A stretch of 64,000 nt of DNA from an uncultured Pseudomonadales bacterium (GTDB lineage: Bacteria > Pseudomonadota > Gammaproteobacteria > Pseudomonadales > JAHEIH01), in NCBI GenBank assembly GCA_964598145.1, contig CAZRAM010000010.1, forward strand, positions 3,824-67,823. The letters are read 5' to 3'. The notes under the pieces are model-generated. The model ran no database searches. It was not told the DNA's origin and saw only the letters and a list, made by a program, of their open reading frames with translations. Below, one piece after another: positions 22,350 through 32,619 of this stretch. The position numbers and the translations under genes were made by a program. Each line of letters begins with the position of its first letter. The stretch's first letter is position 1.

Positions 22350-23012
22350 ATGCACAACGTCAGTACGGCGATGAATCAAGTGCTTCAAGCCTGTCCAATG
22401 CTAGGACACTTTTTGCGGCCACAGGATGTGCAGGCCATTGAGCCGGTCCACATGCCTGTCGGAGAAGCGCTCACTGAAATAATCACCACCCAAATGCTTA
22501 GCGACAGCGATGCGGCGAAGATCATTCATTGCCTGCGGCGAAAGGCCGGTTCAGGCAAGATTTGGCGACTGCCAGAACAAGATCTGTTTACCTGCGGTGT
22601 GAGTCGTTCCAAAGCGCGCACTATCCATCTTATGGGCAAGCACTACGACGCCGACATCCGCGGTTTTGAATCGTGGCGCAGTGAACCTGCCGATGTGGTT
22701 CGCGAAGAATTGAAATTGCTGTGGGGGCTGGGCGATTGGACGGCGGACCGCCTGTTACTGAATTACTTTGGCCATTTAGATATCTGGCCGCAACACGATC
22801 TGTCCATTAACCACGGTTTGGAAAAGCTGCATCGACTCTGTTTGCAGCAGGGTTTGGGCTGGTGTTTCGACCCCGACCGTGCGCGCCCTTATCGCAGCTA
22901 TTTAACCAGGATTTTGTGGGATATCGATCAGAAACAGCTGCGCCAATTGCGCCCCGTGCAAGGGGTTTATAGCAATCCACCCGCCAGCCATCACGATGCG
23001 CTAAACGTCTAG
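22350..23012 (+). CDS. DNA-3-methyladenine glycosylase II (AlkA-like, HhH-GPD)
   Basis: IITTQMLS, GVSRSKA, HhH LWGLGDWTAD, downstream DIWPQHD acidic residue. Confidence 0.75.
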   Translation: MHNVSTAMNQVLQACPMLGHFLRPQDVQAIEPVHMPVGEALTEIITTQMLSDSDAAKIIHCLRRKAGSGKIWRLPEQDLFTCGVSRSKARTIHLMGKHYDADIRGFESWRSEPADVVREELKLLWGLGDWTADRLLLNYFGHLDIWPQHDLSINHGLEKLHRLCLQQGLGWCFDPDRARPYRSYLTRILWDIDQKQLRQLRPVQGVYSNPPASHHDALNV

Positions 23013-24509
23013 TGTCTCAATCACGAGCATAGGCCAGCTAGGGGTGTCGTCACACCAAGCCACTTCGCGTTGTAAGTCCGCCAACAGAAGGGGATAGTCC
23101 TCACTAAAATTGCCGGATACCGTCAGTGTGAGAGTGTTCTTTTGCACGGCTACCTGCGGCAATGGCGGTGGCGAGGGGTGGCGATTTAAGTGCCAAATGA
23201 TCGCGATGCGCAATAGCACAATAAGTCGTTTTAGCGCACCTTGCGACACCATCCTGATTTCCGGCAACACGTTGGGGTTAATTTTCTTGCGGTGCAGTCT
23301 AATCAAACTGGCCACAAACAATTGCTGCTCAAAGCTGAAGCCCGGCATGTTGGAGTTTTCAACGATGTAGGCCGAGTGTTTGTGCATGCCACTGGAACTG
23401 ATATTAAGGCCGACCTCGTGGAGTTTGGCGGCAAAGGTTAAAAACTTGAGGCTCGTGGTGGGTAGCTTCCACACCGCGCAGGTGGCTTGCCACAGTTGTG
23501 CAGCGCTGTGCGCCACGCGCTCGGCGTGTTCCATATCCACATGGTAGCGTCGCATCAGGCTGTCGCAGGTATTGCCGCGAATGGTGAGCGCTTCATCGGT
23601 TTCTAGCGCTTCGTACAAAATGCCCTCGCGCAGCGCGCTGCTGGAAAACACGCTATTTTGAATGTGCAGCGCGTCATATATCGTTTCCATGATGGCGAGA
23701 CCGGCGGCCAACACTGACACCCTTTCTTCGGTGAGATCCTTAAAAATACTGTGTTGTGGATTTTTGAAAAGCAGGTTGCGCACCTGGTGAATGTGCTTCA
23801 ATTCCAGACTGGTAAAGTCTTTGTCGAGCCCCGCCGCTGCGCTAACAATTGCCTGCGCCGTACCAGAGGTAATGCGGACATTTTGCCAGCCCACGCGGCG
23901 AAACATTTCTTCGAAACGCTCAAAACGCTGGCGGGCGGCTAATTTGGCGCGATGATAGTGCTCTGCATCGGTACTCTTTTTGAAATAGCGGTGGGTAAAA
24001 CTGACGCAACCCATTTGGTGGGAGCGAGCGATTTGAACCTGGGTACCGTTGCCGATGACGACCTCGGTGGAACCGCCGCCGATATCAATCACCAAGGTGT
24101 TGCCATCGAGCTGCTCGTCGTGGGCCACGCCGTTGTAGATCAAGCGCGCTTCTTCTTGACCGCTAATGATGTCTATCGGGTAGGGGAAGACCTCTTGCGC
24201 AGCCTCTAAAAACTCGTCGCGGTTTTCCGCTTCGCGCAGGGTGTGTGTTGCCACCGCCATAACATGACAGTCTTCAAGCGGTTGAAGCTGCTCGGCAAAT
24301 AGCTGAAGAACATCCACGCCGCGTTGAATGGCTTCGCGGCTCAGCACGTTTTGCTTGTTGAGACCGCTTGCTAAGCGCACCCGCTCCTTGTGTTTAAAAA
24401 GGGTCTGCAGGTCGCCCTTGAGCGCGCGGACGATGACCAAGTGAAAGCTATTGGAGCCAAGGTCGATGGCTGCAAAGTGGCGTGGTTGTTCCGGGGCGCT
24501 GTTGGTCAA
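23001..24509 (-). CDS. ppx: Exopolyphosphatase Ppx/GppA family
   Basis: AAIDLGSNSFH, ISGQEEARLIY, DIGGGSTE, LHEVG; follows ppk1. Confidence 0.92.
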   Translation of the reverse strand: MTNSAPEQPRHFAAIDLGSNSFHLVIVRALKGDLQTLFKHKERVRLASGLNKQNVLSREAIQRGVDVLQLFAEQLQPLEDCHVMAVATHTLREAENRDEFLEAAQEVFPYPIDIISGQEEARLIYNGVAHDEQLDGNTLVIDIGGGSTEVVIGNGTQVQIARSHQMGCVSFTHRYFKKSTDAEHYHRAKLAARQRFERFEEMFRRVGWQNVRITSGTAQAIVSAAAGLDKDFTSLELKHIHQVRNLLFKNPQHSIFKDLTEERVSVLAAGLAIMETIYDALHIQNSVFSSSALREGILYEALETDEALTIRGNTCDSLMRRYHVDMEHAERVAHSAAQLWQATCAVWKLPTTSLKFLTFAAKLHEVGLNISSSGMHKHSAYIVENSNMPGFSFEQQLFVASLIRLHRKKINPNVLPEIRMVSQGALKRLIVLLRIAIIWHLNRHPSPPPLPQVAVQKNTLTLTVSGNFSEDYPLLLADLQREVAWCDDTPSWPMLVIETLDV

Positions 24510-24510
24510 A

Positions 24511-26574
24511 TTAGGATTCCCGCTGTTTTAAGTAGTTATAAATTTCTTCTTGAGACCGAATCTTACGGCGGTTGCCGCGTCTTACGTAATTATTTTTTTG
24601 TTCGGCGTCGATGATGCGCGCTTTGGTGGTGTCACGCCATTGAATTTCTAGCGTATCAAGCACCATTTTTTTCAGGTTGTCATCCAGTACGGGAGTGCCG
24701 ACCTCAACTCGGAATTCGATGTTGCGTGTCATCAGGTCAGCGGAACTGATAAAGACTTTACGCTCGCCGCCAGCGTGAAAGACCATGACCCTAGGATGCT
24801 CCAAAAAGCGGTCCACGATGCTGCGCGCAAGAATGTTATCGCTCATGCCTTTAACGCCGGGCAATAAATTGCACATGCCGCGTACCAATAAGCGGATCTT
24901 GACCCCGGCACGGCTGGCGCGATAGAGGTTGTCGCAGATGTCTTTGTCGACCAGATTGTTGACCTTGAGGAATATCTCCCCCTTTTGGCCCGCTTCTACA
25001 GCAGCGATTTCTGCATTGATCAGTTGGTTGATGCGCTGGCGGGTGTGACTGGGGCTAACAATTAGATGTTTGAAGGTGAAGCGCTTAAAGGGGCTGACGA
25101 TAAAATCAAAAACCTGGCCAATCTCTTGCGTCCAGGCGGGGTTTTTCGAGAAAAGGGCAAAGTCGGTGTAGATCTTGGCGGTTTTTTCGTTGAAATTGCC
25201 GGTGCCGATGTGCCCATAGCTAACCAGTTTGTCATTTTCTAGGCGTTGAATCAGCGCTAATTTGGCGTGGCATTTTAGCGACGGTACACCAAATTCGACA
25301 TCGACACCGGCATCAGTGAGCTCGCGGGCCCAGCCGATATTGGCTTGTTCGTCAAAGCGAGCGCGCAGCTCGACAATTACCTGTACCTTTTTGCCGTTCT
25401 TCACCGCGTCCATCAGCGATTTCAGTATGCGGCTGTCCTTGGCAACGCGGTAAATAGCCATGCGAATCGTTTTGACTGCTGGATCGTAGGCAGCGATGCG
25501 GATGAAATCCGTCAGATAGTTAAAGCGGTGATAGGGGTAGTACAGCATGATGTCGCCACGACTGATGGCGTCGAAGGGTGACTCAAAGCCATCAAAGGCC
25601 TTGCTGCGCAGCGCGGCGAGTTTGGGATTCTCCAGATACTTGGCACCGAAGTTTGGGAAGCCGATGAAATCTCTGAAATTGCGATAGCGACCGCTGGGAA
25701 CCATGGTTTCCACGTCGTCGAGGCCGAGCTGCTGTTGTAGCATGGCGACCATTTCTGCCGGCATGTCTCGGTCGTAGACCATGCGTACCGGTTGGTTGGT
25801 CAGGCGTTGTTTGAGCCCCTCGGACATCCGTTCCAGCATCGAGTGTTCTATGTCGCGTTCAAGGTCGTACTCGGCATCGCGGGTGACCTTGAGGGAATAG
25901 AATTCAGCACGGTCGAATTCGCACACGGGAGCGAAGACTTGTTTAGCGCAATGGCGGATCGCGTTGTCGAGAACGATCACCGACTTGCGGCGGCTCCCCT
26001 TGGCGCGAGGCAGGGCGATAAAACGCGAGGTTTGGTGAACGGGAATCTCGATTAAGACGTAGCGTGTGTCGGTGTCGCTGTGCAGCGCCCCAACCAAATA
26101 GGCCTCTTCATCGTCGATGGCGCGGCGCAATTCTACTCGCGAGGAAATGAACACGGGGGTGATGTGGCGCAGCACTTTTTCGCGGAAATACTTGTGCAGC
26201 CAGTCACTTTCGCGTTCTGAGATCTGCTCTTCATTGATCAGGAAGATGTTGCGACGTGCGAGGCCTAGGATGATGTCGTTACTGATTTGATTGAAGCGCT
26301 GGTTGAGCTCTGCCACCTTGTCACCGATGCGGTGCAGTAGATCTTCGGCAAGATGTTGTTGCTTTTGGTCGCCGCTTTCTTGAGCCAAGTCGATTTGGCG
26401 GTGAACGTCGGCCACCCTAACACGAAAAAATTCATCCATATTGTTGGAGTAGATACCAAGGAAACGCACCCGCTCGATGATGGGTACTTCGCTATCGGCG
26501 GCTTCTTGCAATACCCGCTCGTTGAAGGACAGCCAACTCAATTCCTTGGGAAAGTAACTATACTTATTCGACAT
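24511..26574 (-). CDS. ppk1: Polyphosphate kinase 1
   Basis: ELSWLSFNERVL, VELRARFDE, CHAK, GTGNFN, VDRFLEH, SADLMTRN; start taken at MSNKYSY. Confidence 0.95.
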   Translation of the reverse strand: MSNKYSYFPKELSWLSFNERVLQEAADSEVPIIERVRFLGIYSNNMDEFFRVRVADVHRQIDLAQESGDQKQQHLAEDLLHRIGDKVAELNQRFNQISNDIILGLARRNIFLINEEQISERESDWLHKYFREKVLRHITPVFISSRVELRRAIDDEEAYLVGALHSDTDTRYVLIEIPVHQTSRFIALPRAKGSRRKSVIVLDNAIRHCAKQVFAPVCEFDRAEFYSLKVTRDAEYDLERDIEHSMLERMSEGLKQRLTNQPVRMVYDRDMPAEMVAMLQQQLGLDDVETMVPSGRYRNFRDFIGFPNFGAKYLENPKLAALRSKAFDGFESPFDAISRGDIMLYYPYHRFNYLTDFIRIAAYDPAVKTIRMAIYRVAKDSRILKSLMDAVKNGKKVQVIVELRARFDEQANIGWARELTDAGVDVEFGVPSLKCHAKLALIQRLENDKLVSYGHIGTGNFNEKTAKIYTDFALFSKNPAWTQEIGQVFDFIVSPFKRFTFKHLIVSPSHTRQRINQLINAEIAAVEAGQKGEIFLKVNNLVDKDICDNLYRASRAGVKIRLLVRGMCNLLPGVKGMSDNILARSIVDRFLEHPRVMVFHAGGERKVFISSADLMTRNIEFRVEVGTPVLDDNLKKMVLDTLEIQWRDTTKARIIDAEQKNNYVRRGNRRKIRSQEEIYNYLKQRES

Positions 26575-26748
26575 AACCGCCGTAATCCGTGTTTTGTTAA
26601 ACAATAGTGTATTTCGTATCACTTGGATACGGGCTTTTGACGAAAGTTTGATGTAGCACAGTAGCGAGAAAATGTTACATAAGTGTTAGACTTGCCCGCA
26701 TTCAATTTGTCCGCGATCGTCGCGGCGCAAAACGTTTCGAGGACGACC

Positions 26749-27465
26749 ATGTTAGATCAATTTTACGGCCGCGATAGCGCTGGCAATGTTGTGTTTAGTC
26801 GCGCTAACGGCAGCCAATTCGCCAAGGAAGTGGCCAACGATTTCAATCCCTTGCACGATGTTGATGCTAAGCGTTTTGCTGTACCGGGCGATCTGTTGTT
26901 TGCGGTCTTGCTGCAGTCGATGGGGTTGTACCAAAACTTGGGCTTGAAATTCACCGCCATGGTGACCGAAGACGTCGCGCTCAGCTTCCCCACTTCGGCT
27001 CCGGGTGTGATCGCCGACCACGCCGGCAAAACCTATGTCGAAGTCACCGGTGAGGGTGAGCAACAAGCCTACGATGCGGGTGTAGAGCAATTGATTCGTG
27101 CCTACGTCGCCTACTCGGGCACCGCATTTCCACACGTCTTGGTACCGCTGATGAAGCAGGCTAACGCCATGATCAACCCCGCGCGCCCTATGGTAATGTA
27201 CGAGTCGATGCAAATTAGCTTACAGCGTGTCGCGCTGGTAGCTCCGCGGCTTGAGACCAACACCGAAAAAACCACCATAACCACCAACGGTAAACGCGGC
27301 GAAGTGGTGTTGGCGTTTGATATTGTCGACGGCGACAGCGTAGTGGGCAGTGGCGAGAAGCACATGCTGCTGAGCGGCCTGCGCGACTTCGACGACGCGG
27401 AGATGGACGCCGTGGTGGCCAGTTACGCCGATTGGAAGGCGAACTACCAACCCGTTTCTGCCTAA
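26749..27465 (+). CDS. DUF3581-family protein
   Basis: FAKEVANDFNPLHDVDAKRFAVPGDLLF, INPARPMVMYESM. Confidence 0.75.
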   Translation: MLDQFYGRDSAGNVVFSRANGSQFAKEVANDFNPLHDVDAKRFAVPGDLLFAVLLQSMGLYQNLGLKFTAMVTEDVALSFPTSAPGVIADHAGKTYVEVTGEGEQQAYDAGVEQLIRAYVAYSGTAFPHVLVPLMKQANAMINPARPMVMYESMQISLQRVALVAPRLETNTEKTTITTNGKRGEVVLAFDIVDGDSVVGSGEKHMLLSGLRDFDDAEMDAVVASYADWKANYQPVSA

Positions 27466-28248
27466 GTGATCGACAGCCACTGCCATATCGACTTTGACGA
27501 ATTCGCGGCGGATCGCGGCGAAGTTCTTCAGCGAGCGTTGGCGGTGGGGGTTGAGCAGCTGATTATTCCTTCTGTTCACCCCGAGTCTTGGCCGCGAGTG
27601 ATTGCCCAAGCGCAGCAGTGCCGACAATTTGGTGTTACCGCGCACTACGCCATTGGCTTGCATCCTTGGTGGGCCGACCAATTTCCCATTCACGAGCTTC
27701 CCAGCGCATTGAACGCTGCCTTGCCAGGTGCTGTTGCGGTGGGCGAGTGCGGCCTCGACGCGCTGCGCGACATTCCCATGGATCTACAAATCGAGGTCCT
27801 CAACTGCCATATTGCGGCGGCCATAGAACACCGACTGCCGTTGATCTTGCACTGTGTCAAAGCGCACGACACACTGCTGTCATTACTGAAAGCCCATCGG
27901 CCTGTAGCCGGTGGGGTGGTGCACGGCTTTGGCGGTAGCTTAGAGATCGCCGAACAGTATCACCGGCTCGGCTTCAAGATCGGGGTGGGGGGTATGGCAA
28001 CGCGTCCACACGCCAGTCGCGCCCATCGCGCTTTTGCTGAGCTGCCGCTGTCGGCGCTACTGCTGGAGACCGATGCCCCTGCCATGCCGCTGTGGGATGC
28101 CGAACATGGGCAGTTGGAAGCGCGCAATGAACCAGCTAATGTCGCCCGCGTGGCCCAGGCTTTAGCGGCCTTGCGGGGTTGTTCAGTAGCGGAGGTCGCG
28201 GCGGCGTGTCGCGATAATACAGAGACGTTATTTGCCAAGATGAGGTAG
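27466..28248 (+). CDS. TatD-family DNase
   Basis: DSHCH, GLHP, VGECGLD, LHC, VHGF, LLETDAP. Confidence 0.9.
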   Translation: MIDSHCHIDFDEFAADRGEVLQRALAVGVEQLIIPSVHPESWPRVIAQAQQCRQFGVTAHYAIGLHPWWADQFPIHELPSALNAALPGAVAVGECGLDALRDIPMDLQIEVLNCHIAAAIEHRLPLILHCVKAHDTLLSLLKAHRPVAGGVVHGFGGSLEIAEQYHRLGFKIGVGGMATRPHASRAHRAFAELPLSALLLETDAPAMPLWDAEHGQLEARNEPANVARVAQALAALRGCSVAEVAAACRDNTETLFAKMR

Positions 28249-28251
28249 CCC

Positions 28252-29871
28252 GTGTTTGATCCCCAGGCTTTTAAACAACACTTTCCCGCCTTTCAACAAG
28301 CCGCTAACAGCCGCCTCATCTATCTCGATAACGCTGCGACTACCCAGCGCCCGCAAGTCTTGCTGGATGCCACTAACGATTTTTATCTCAATGCCAATGC
28401 CAATGCCCACCGCGGCAGCCACCGTCTAGCCCGTGCGGCGACAGATTTGTTAGAGCGCTGCCGCCAACAGGTGGCAGATTTTATCAATGCCTGCCCCGAT
28501 GAGTGCGTGTTCACCCAGGGCGCGACGATGGCAATGAATACCGTGGCCAAGGCGGTGTGTGAGGACTTACAAGCGGGGGATGAAATTGTTCTGTCGTTGC
28601 TTGAACACCACGCCAACTTGGTCCCCTGGATGATGCAAGCCGAAGCCAAAGGACTGGTGATTCGCTTTGTGCCCTTGCGCGATGGTGGCTTGGATTTGTC
28701 CGCCCTAGCAGCGCTGTTAAATGAGCGCACCAAGGTGGTCAGTTTATCGGCGGCCTCCAATGTGTTGGGCTGTATCACCGACGTAGCAGAGGTAAAGCGG
28801 CTGTTATCCGGTGGCCCATGGGTGTGGGGCTATGACTGCGCCCAATACGCTGCTCACGCCCACCTCGATGTCGTGGCATTGGGCTGTGACTTTCTGGTGT
28901 TTTCTGCCCACAAACTGTATGGCCCTACCGGGGTTGGTGTACTGTGGGCGAAGCGCGCGCTGTTAAATCGTTGGTGCCCGCTGCTGGGCGGTGGCGAAAT
29001 GATCAGCGAAGTCACTGTGGCCGGTGCTAAGTTTCGCGAGGCGCCCGGTCGCTTTGAGGCCGGTACCGACAACCTCGCGGGCATCGCCGGTTTTGCGGCG
29101 GTGCTTAAGTTTCTTGCGGGGTGTGACCTGCCCGCCATGCACGCCTACGAAGCCGAACTTGCCGCCTACGCGATTGAACAGTTTGATCGCTTACCGCAAT
29201 TGCGTTTAATTAGCCGCCGCGAACAGAATATAGGCGTGTTGGCTTATGTGCCCACCGACGAGAGCGGCTTTGGCGTGAGCGACGTGGTGAATTGGCTGGA
29301 CGAGAGCGAGATTGCTGTGCGCGCCGGGCAGATGTGCGCGCAACCCTTGGCCGATGCGATTGGCTATCAGGCGTTAATTCGCTTTTCGGTGGCGGCTTAC
29401 AACACGCGCCAGGATATTGATCGCACCGTGGCGGCCTTGCAGCAATTGTTCGAGGGTCAGGCAGAGGCAGGCGACGGAGACGGCGAGGCCTTGCTTGCTC
29501 AACTATTAGAGGAACAAAACTGGCAGTCGCGCTACCGCCAAATAATGTCGCTGGGTGATCGTATCCTACCCAATCCCGCCCTGCGCCACGACGAGTTCAT
29601 CGTGCCCGGTTGCGAAGCCAAGGTATGGATGCGTCATCGCACCGAAGAGGGGCGCGTCTACTTCGAGATCGACAGCGAAGCGCGCTTGATGCGCGGCTTG
29701 TCGTTTATTTTGTTGAGTATGCTAGATGGCCGCCGCGGCGAAGACGTCGACGCCATAGCCATCGACAGCAAACTCAACGCGCTAGGGCTGCAAAAACACC
29801 TTACCCACAGCCGCGTGAACGGCTTTAACTCGATCCTACAGCGCGCCTTTGCGGCGTTCGACCCGAGCTAG
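28252..29871 (+). CDS. Fused cysteine desulfurase (CsdA/SufS group) and SufE/CsdE sulfur acceptor
   Basis: YLDNAATTQ, EHHAN, FSAHKLYGP (PLP Lys), RAGQMCA (catalytic Cys), then WQSRYRQI...VPGCEAKVW...SRVNG SufE domain in one ORF; converges on tcdA. Confidence 0.88.
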   Translation: MFDPQAFKQHFPAFQQAANSRLIYLDNAATTQRPQVLLDATNDFYLNANANAHRGSHRLARAATDLLERCRQQVADFINACPDECVFTQGATMAMNTVAKAVCEDLQAGDEIVLSLLEHHANLVPWMMQAEAKGLVIRFVPLRDGGLDLSALAALLNERTKVVSLSAASNVLGCITDVAEVKRLLSGGPWVWGYDCAQYAAHAHLDVVALGCDFLVFSAHKLYGPTGVGVLWAKRALLNRWCPLLGGGEMISEVTVAGAKFREAPGRFEAGTDNLAGIAGFAAVLKFLAGCDLPAMHAYEAELAAYAIEQFDRLPQLRLISRREQNIGVLAYVPTDESGFGVSDVVNWLDESEIAVRAGQMCAQPLADAIGYQALIRFSVAAYNTRQDIDRTVAALQQLFEGQAEAGDGDGEALLAQLLEEQNWQSRYRQIMSLGDRILPNPALRHDEFIVPGCEAKVWMRHRTEEGRVYFEIDSEARLMRGLSFILLSMLDGRRGEDVDAIAIDSKLNALGLQKHLTHSRVNGFNSILQRAFAAFDPS

Positions 29872-30642
29872 GTACTTGTCGATGGCGCGGCTGGCGGCGT
29901 GAAAGCCGAAGCAGCCGGTAATCATGGTCGAAGAGCCAAACCCGCCGCTGCAGTTCAATGCGGTGTCGCCATCGCTGAAATTCTTGGTGGTACACACGCC
30001 ACCGTCATCACTTGGGTACACCATGTGTTCGGTCGAGTAGACTGCCTCGACCTGGAAGCTGCGCTTGGGGTTTTTGCTGTAGTTGTGGAAGCGGCGCAGT
30101 TGGCTGCGAACCTTGGCAAGCAGCGGGTCGTTGACGGTCTTGTTGAGATCGTTGCTGGTAATCAAGCGCGGATCGCGTTTACCGCCGGCAGACCCTACTG
30201 TGATCACTAACTGTTTCTGATACTTCGCGGTAGCGATAATCGCCGTCTTGGAATGCGCTGTATCGGCGCAGTCCAAAATCACGTCATAACGCTGGTCGAT
30301 GTGTTGACGAACATTTTGCGGATCGATGAAATCTTCCAGCTCGTGCACGGTGATCGCCGGGTTGATGTCGCGCAAACGCTGCGCCATGGCGGCGGTCTTC
30401 GAGTGGCCGATGGTCGACTGTAGGGCGTGGGTCTGGCGGTTGATGTTGGTGACGCAAATGTCATCCAGATCGGCTAGGGTGAGTGTGCCTACACCACTGC
30501 GAGCGAGTGCTTCTGCCGCCCACGTACCTACACCGCCGATACCGACGACCAGAAAGTGTGCGTTGTTGAGGTGTTGTAAGCCCTCGGTGCCGTACAAGCG
30601 GGCAATGCCGCCAAAGCGATCTAAATCCACGGTGTCCCCCAT
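29836..30642 (-). CDS. tcdA: tRNA cyclic t6A synthase TcdA (CsdL)
   Basis: RFGGIARLYG, GIGGVG, DLDDICVTNINRQ, LNCSGGFGS. Confidence 0.92.
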   Translation of the reverse strand: MGDTVDLDRFGGIARLYGTEGLQHLNNAHFLVVGIGGVGTWAAEALARSGVGTLTLADLDDICVTNINRQTHALQSTIGHSKTAAMAQRLRDINPAITVHELEDFIDPQNVRQHIDQRYDVILDCADTAHSKTAIIATAKYQKQLVITVGSAGGKRDPRLITSNDLNKTVNDPLLAKVRSQLRRFHNYSKNPKRSFQVEAVYSTEHMVYPSDDGGVCTTKNFSDGDTALNCSGGFGSSTMITGCFGFHAASRAIDKYLARVERRKGAL

Positions 30643-30682
30643 TGTGAGCGCGAATTATAACGCTTTGCGGCGCCAGTACCAG

Positions 30683-31504
30683 CTAGTCGTCGCAGCCGTC
30701 GCAGCTGAGTTGGTGGTTCATATCCAGCGCGGGATTGGCAGTCACAGGGCGACCGACGATTTTGGCGGGCACGCCGGCCACGGTTGAATGCGGCGGCACT
30801 TCGTTCAATACCACACTTCCAGCGCCCACCTTGGCACCTTCACCGATTTTGATGTTGCCGAGAATTTTCGCGCCGCAGCTAATCAGCACGCCGTCGCCCA
30901 CTTTGGGATGGCGGTCGCCGTGCTCTTTGCCGGTACCACCAAGGGTCACCGACTGCATGATCGAAACGTTATTACCGACGACACAGGTTTCGCCAATCAC
31001 CAAGCCGGTGGCGTGGTCGAACATGATGCCGTAGCCAATGCGCGCGGCGGGGTGAACATCGACGCCGAAAACCATCGAGATACGGTTTTGGAAAAACAGC
31101 GCCAGACTTTCACGGCCGTTGCGCCACAGCCAATGGGCAACGCGATAGGCTTGCAGGGCGTGGAAACCTTTGAAATAGAGCAGTGGGGTCGACAACTTGT
31201 CACAGGCCGAGTCGCGATCGAGCACCGCTTGCAGGTCGGCGCGAATCGCCGCGCCGATGGCGGGGTCGTTGGCAAAGGCCTCTTCCATCACCTCGCGCAG
31301 CAACATGGCTGGCGCAGTGGGGCTATCCAGCTTGTTGGCCAAGTGGAAGCTGAGCGCGCTCTCTAAACTGCTGTGGTTGAGGATGGTGGCGTGTAAAAAA
31401 CTGGCCAGAATCGGCTCACAGCTCACATCGCGCTCCGTTTCTTGGCGGATGCGTTGCCAGATGGGATCGTTGTCTTGGGTAATCGCCGGTGCGCTCGCTG
31501 TCAT
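30683..31504 (-). CDS. cysE: Serine O-acetyltransferase
   Basis: RDSAC, YFKGFHALQ, DHATG, TLGGTGKEHGDRHPK, hexapeptide repeats. Confidence 0.95.
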   Translation of the reverse strand: MTASAPAITQDNDPIWQRIRQETERDVSCEPILASFLHATILNHSSLESALSFHLANKLDSPTAPAMLLREVMEEAFANDPAIGAAIRADLQAVLDRDSACDKLSTPLLYFKGFHALQAYRVAHWLWRNGRESLALFFQNRISMVFGVDVHPAARIGYGIMFDHATGLVIGETCVVGNNVSIMQSVTLGGTGKEHGDRHPKVGDGVLISCGAKILGNIKIGEGAKVGAGSVVLNEVPPHSTVAGVPAKIVGRPVTANPALDMNHQLSCDGCDD

Positions 31505-31571
31505 GCTGACTCCATGGTGTCATTTGCGCCCATTGTAAGCGTCGCGCCAGGGAAGCGCAAAGAGTGGCCCG

Positions 31572-32443
31572 CTAAAATAACTTTAAAGGCGCCGCTTGTA
31601 AGGCAGAAAACTGTTCGCGAAGTTCCAACACGTGCTCGGCCCAATAGCGTGGGCTGTTGAACCAAGGGAAGTGCATCGGAAAGGCCGGGTCTTCCCAACG
31701 CTTGCCAAGCCATGCGGCGTAGTTGATCAAGCGCATAGTGCGAAGCGTTTCAATCGCGCCTATCTGGGTGACGGGAAAATCATAAAATTCATTGTAACCG
31801 TCGACGATTTCGGCCAATTGGGCGCAACGTTGGCTATAGTCACCCGACAGCAACATCCAAATATCTTGCATCGCTGGGCCGTTGAGACAATCGTCAAAAT
31901 CAACGAAATGTGGCGTTTCATCGCGGTAAAGAACGTTGCCGGGGTGGCAGTCGCCGTGAAGACGTAAAAAGTTCTCGCTTGGTAGTTGGGCAAAACCTTC
32001 TTGCAGCCAAGGTAACAAATCTTTCAGCAGAGATTCATAGGCCGGGCGTAGGTCGGCAGGGACGAAGTGGCGCAATAAAAATTCGCTATTGTCTTCAACC
32101 CAATGCTGCAAGTTGAGTTGTGGCCGAGTTTCAAACAAGTGCTGGCTTCCCACGAGATGAATGCGCGCAATAAATCGCCCCATTTGAAACAGATCGTCGA
32201 GGTTATCGAGTTCCGGGGCATGCCCGCCGCGGCGCTCGAACAAGGCGAAACGAAACCCCTCATGGCTATGCAGGGTTTGGCCATTGATCACCATCGGTGG
32301 AACACAGGGAATATCCGCCGCTTGTAAATCGAGGGTAAATTGATGCTCTTCAAGTATTTGTGCGTCGCTCCAGCGCTCGGGGCGATAGAACTTAGCAATG
32401 ATGGGTGTGCCTTCCTCGATCCCCACTTGATAGACACGATTTT
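31572..32443 (-). pseudogene. srkA: 3' part of the host srkA (yihE/rdoA) Ser/Thr kinase gene, cut off by the island
   Basis: Reads (E)NRVYQVGIEEGTPIIAKFYRP...LHGDCHPGN...DFDDC...AFPMHFPWF; homology stops abruptly at 32443. Confidence 0.92.
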
Positions 32444-32610
32444 GTTTGCACTCTTAATGGTTGTTTTTATGTATATCAGTTTTAAGCCAGTAAATACGAG
32501 GGGTGTAGGACGTTGTCACAAAGCGATGTGTACACATGAAAATTTGACCAAAGTATGTACAAAACTGCTTAATCGTGTACATAAATTTTGTGTCCATATG
32601 CACAAATTTT
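32443..32610. other. Left terminus (att end) of the island
   Basis: 6-7 extra bases, then ACTCTTAATG (imperfect inverted match to ACACCTAACG at the other end), then TGTACA at 32529, 32556, 32576 and TGCACA at 32599. Confidence 0.65.
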
Positions 32611-32619
32611 GGAGTCTCT

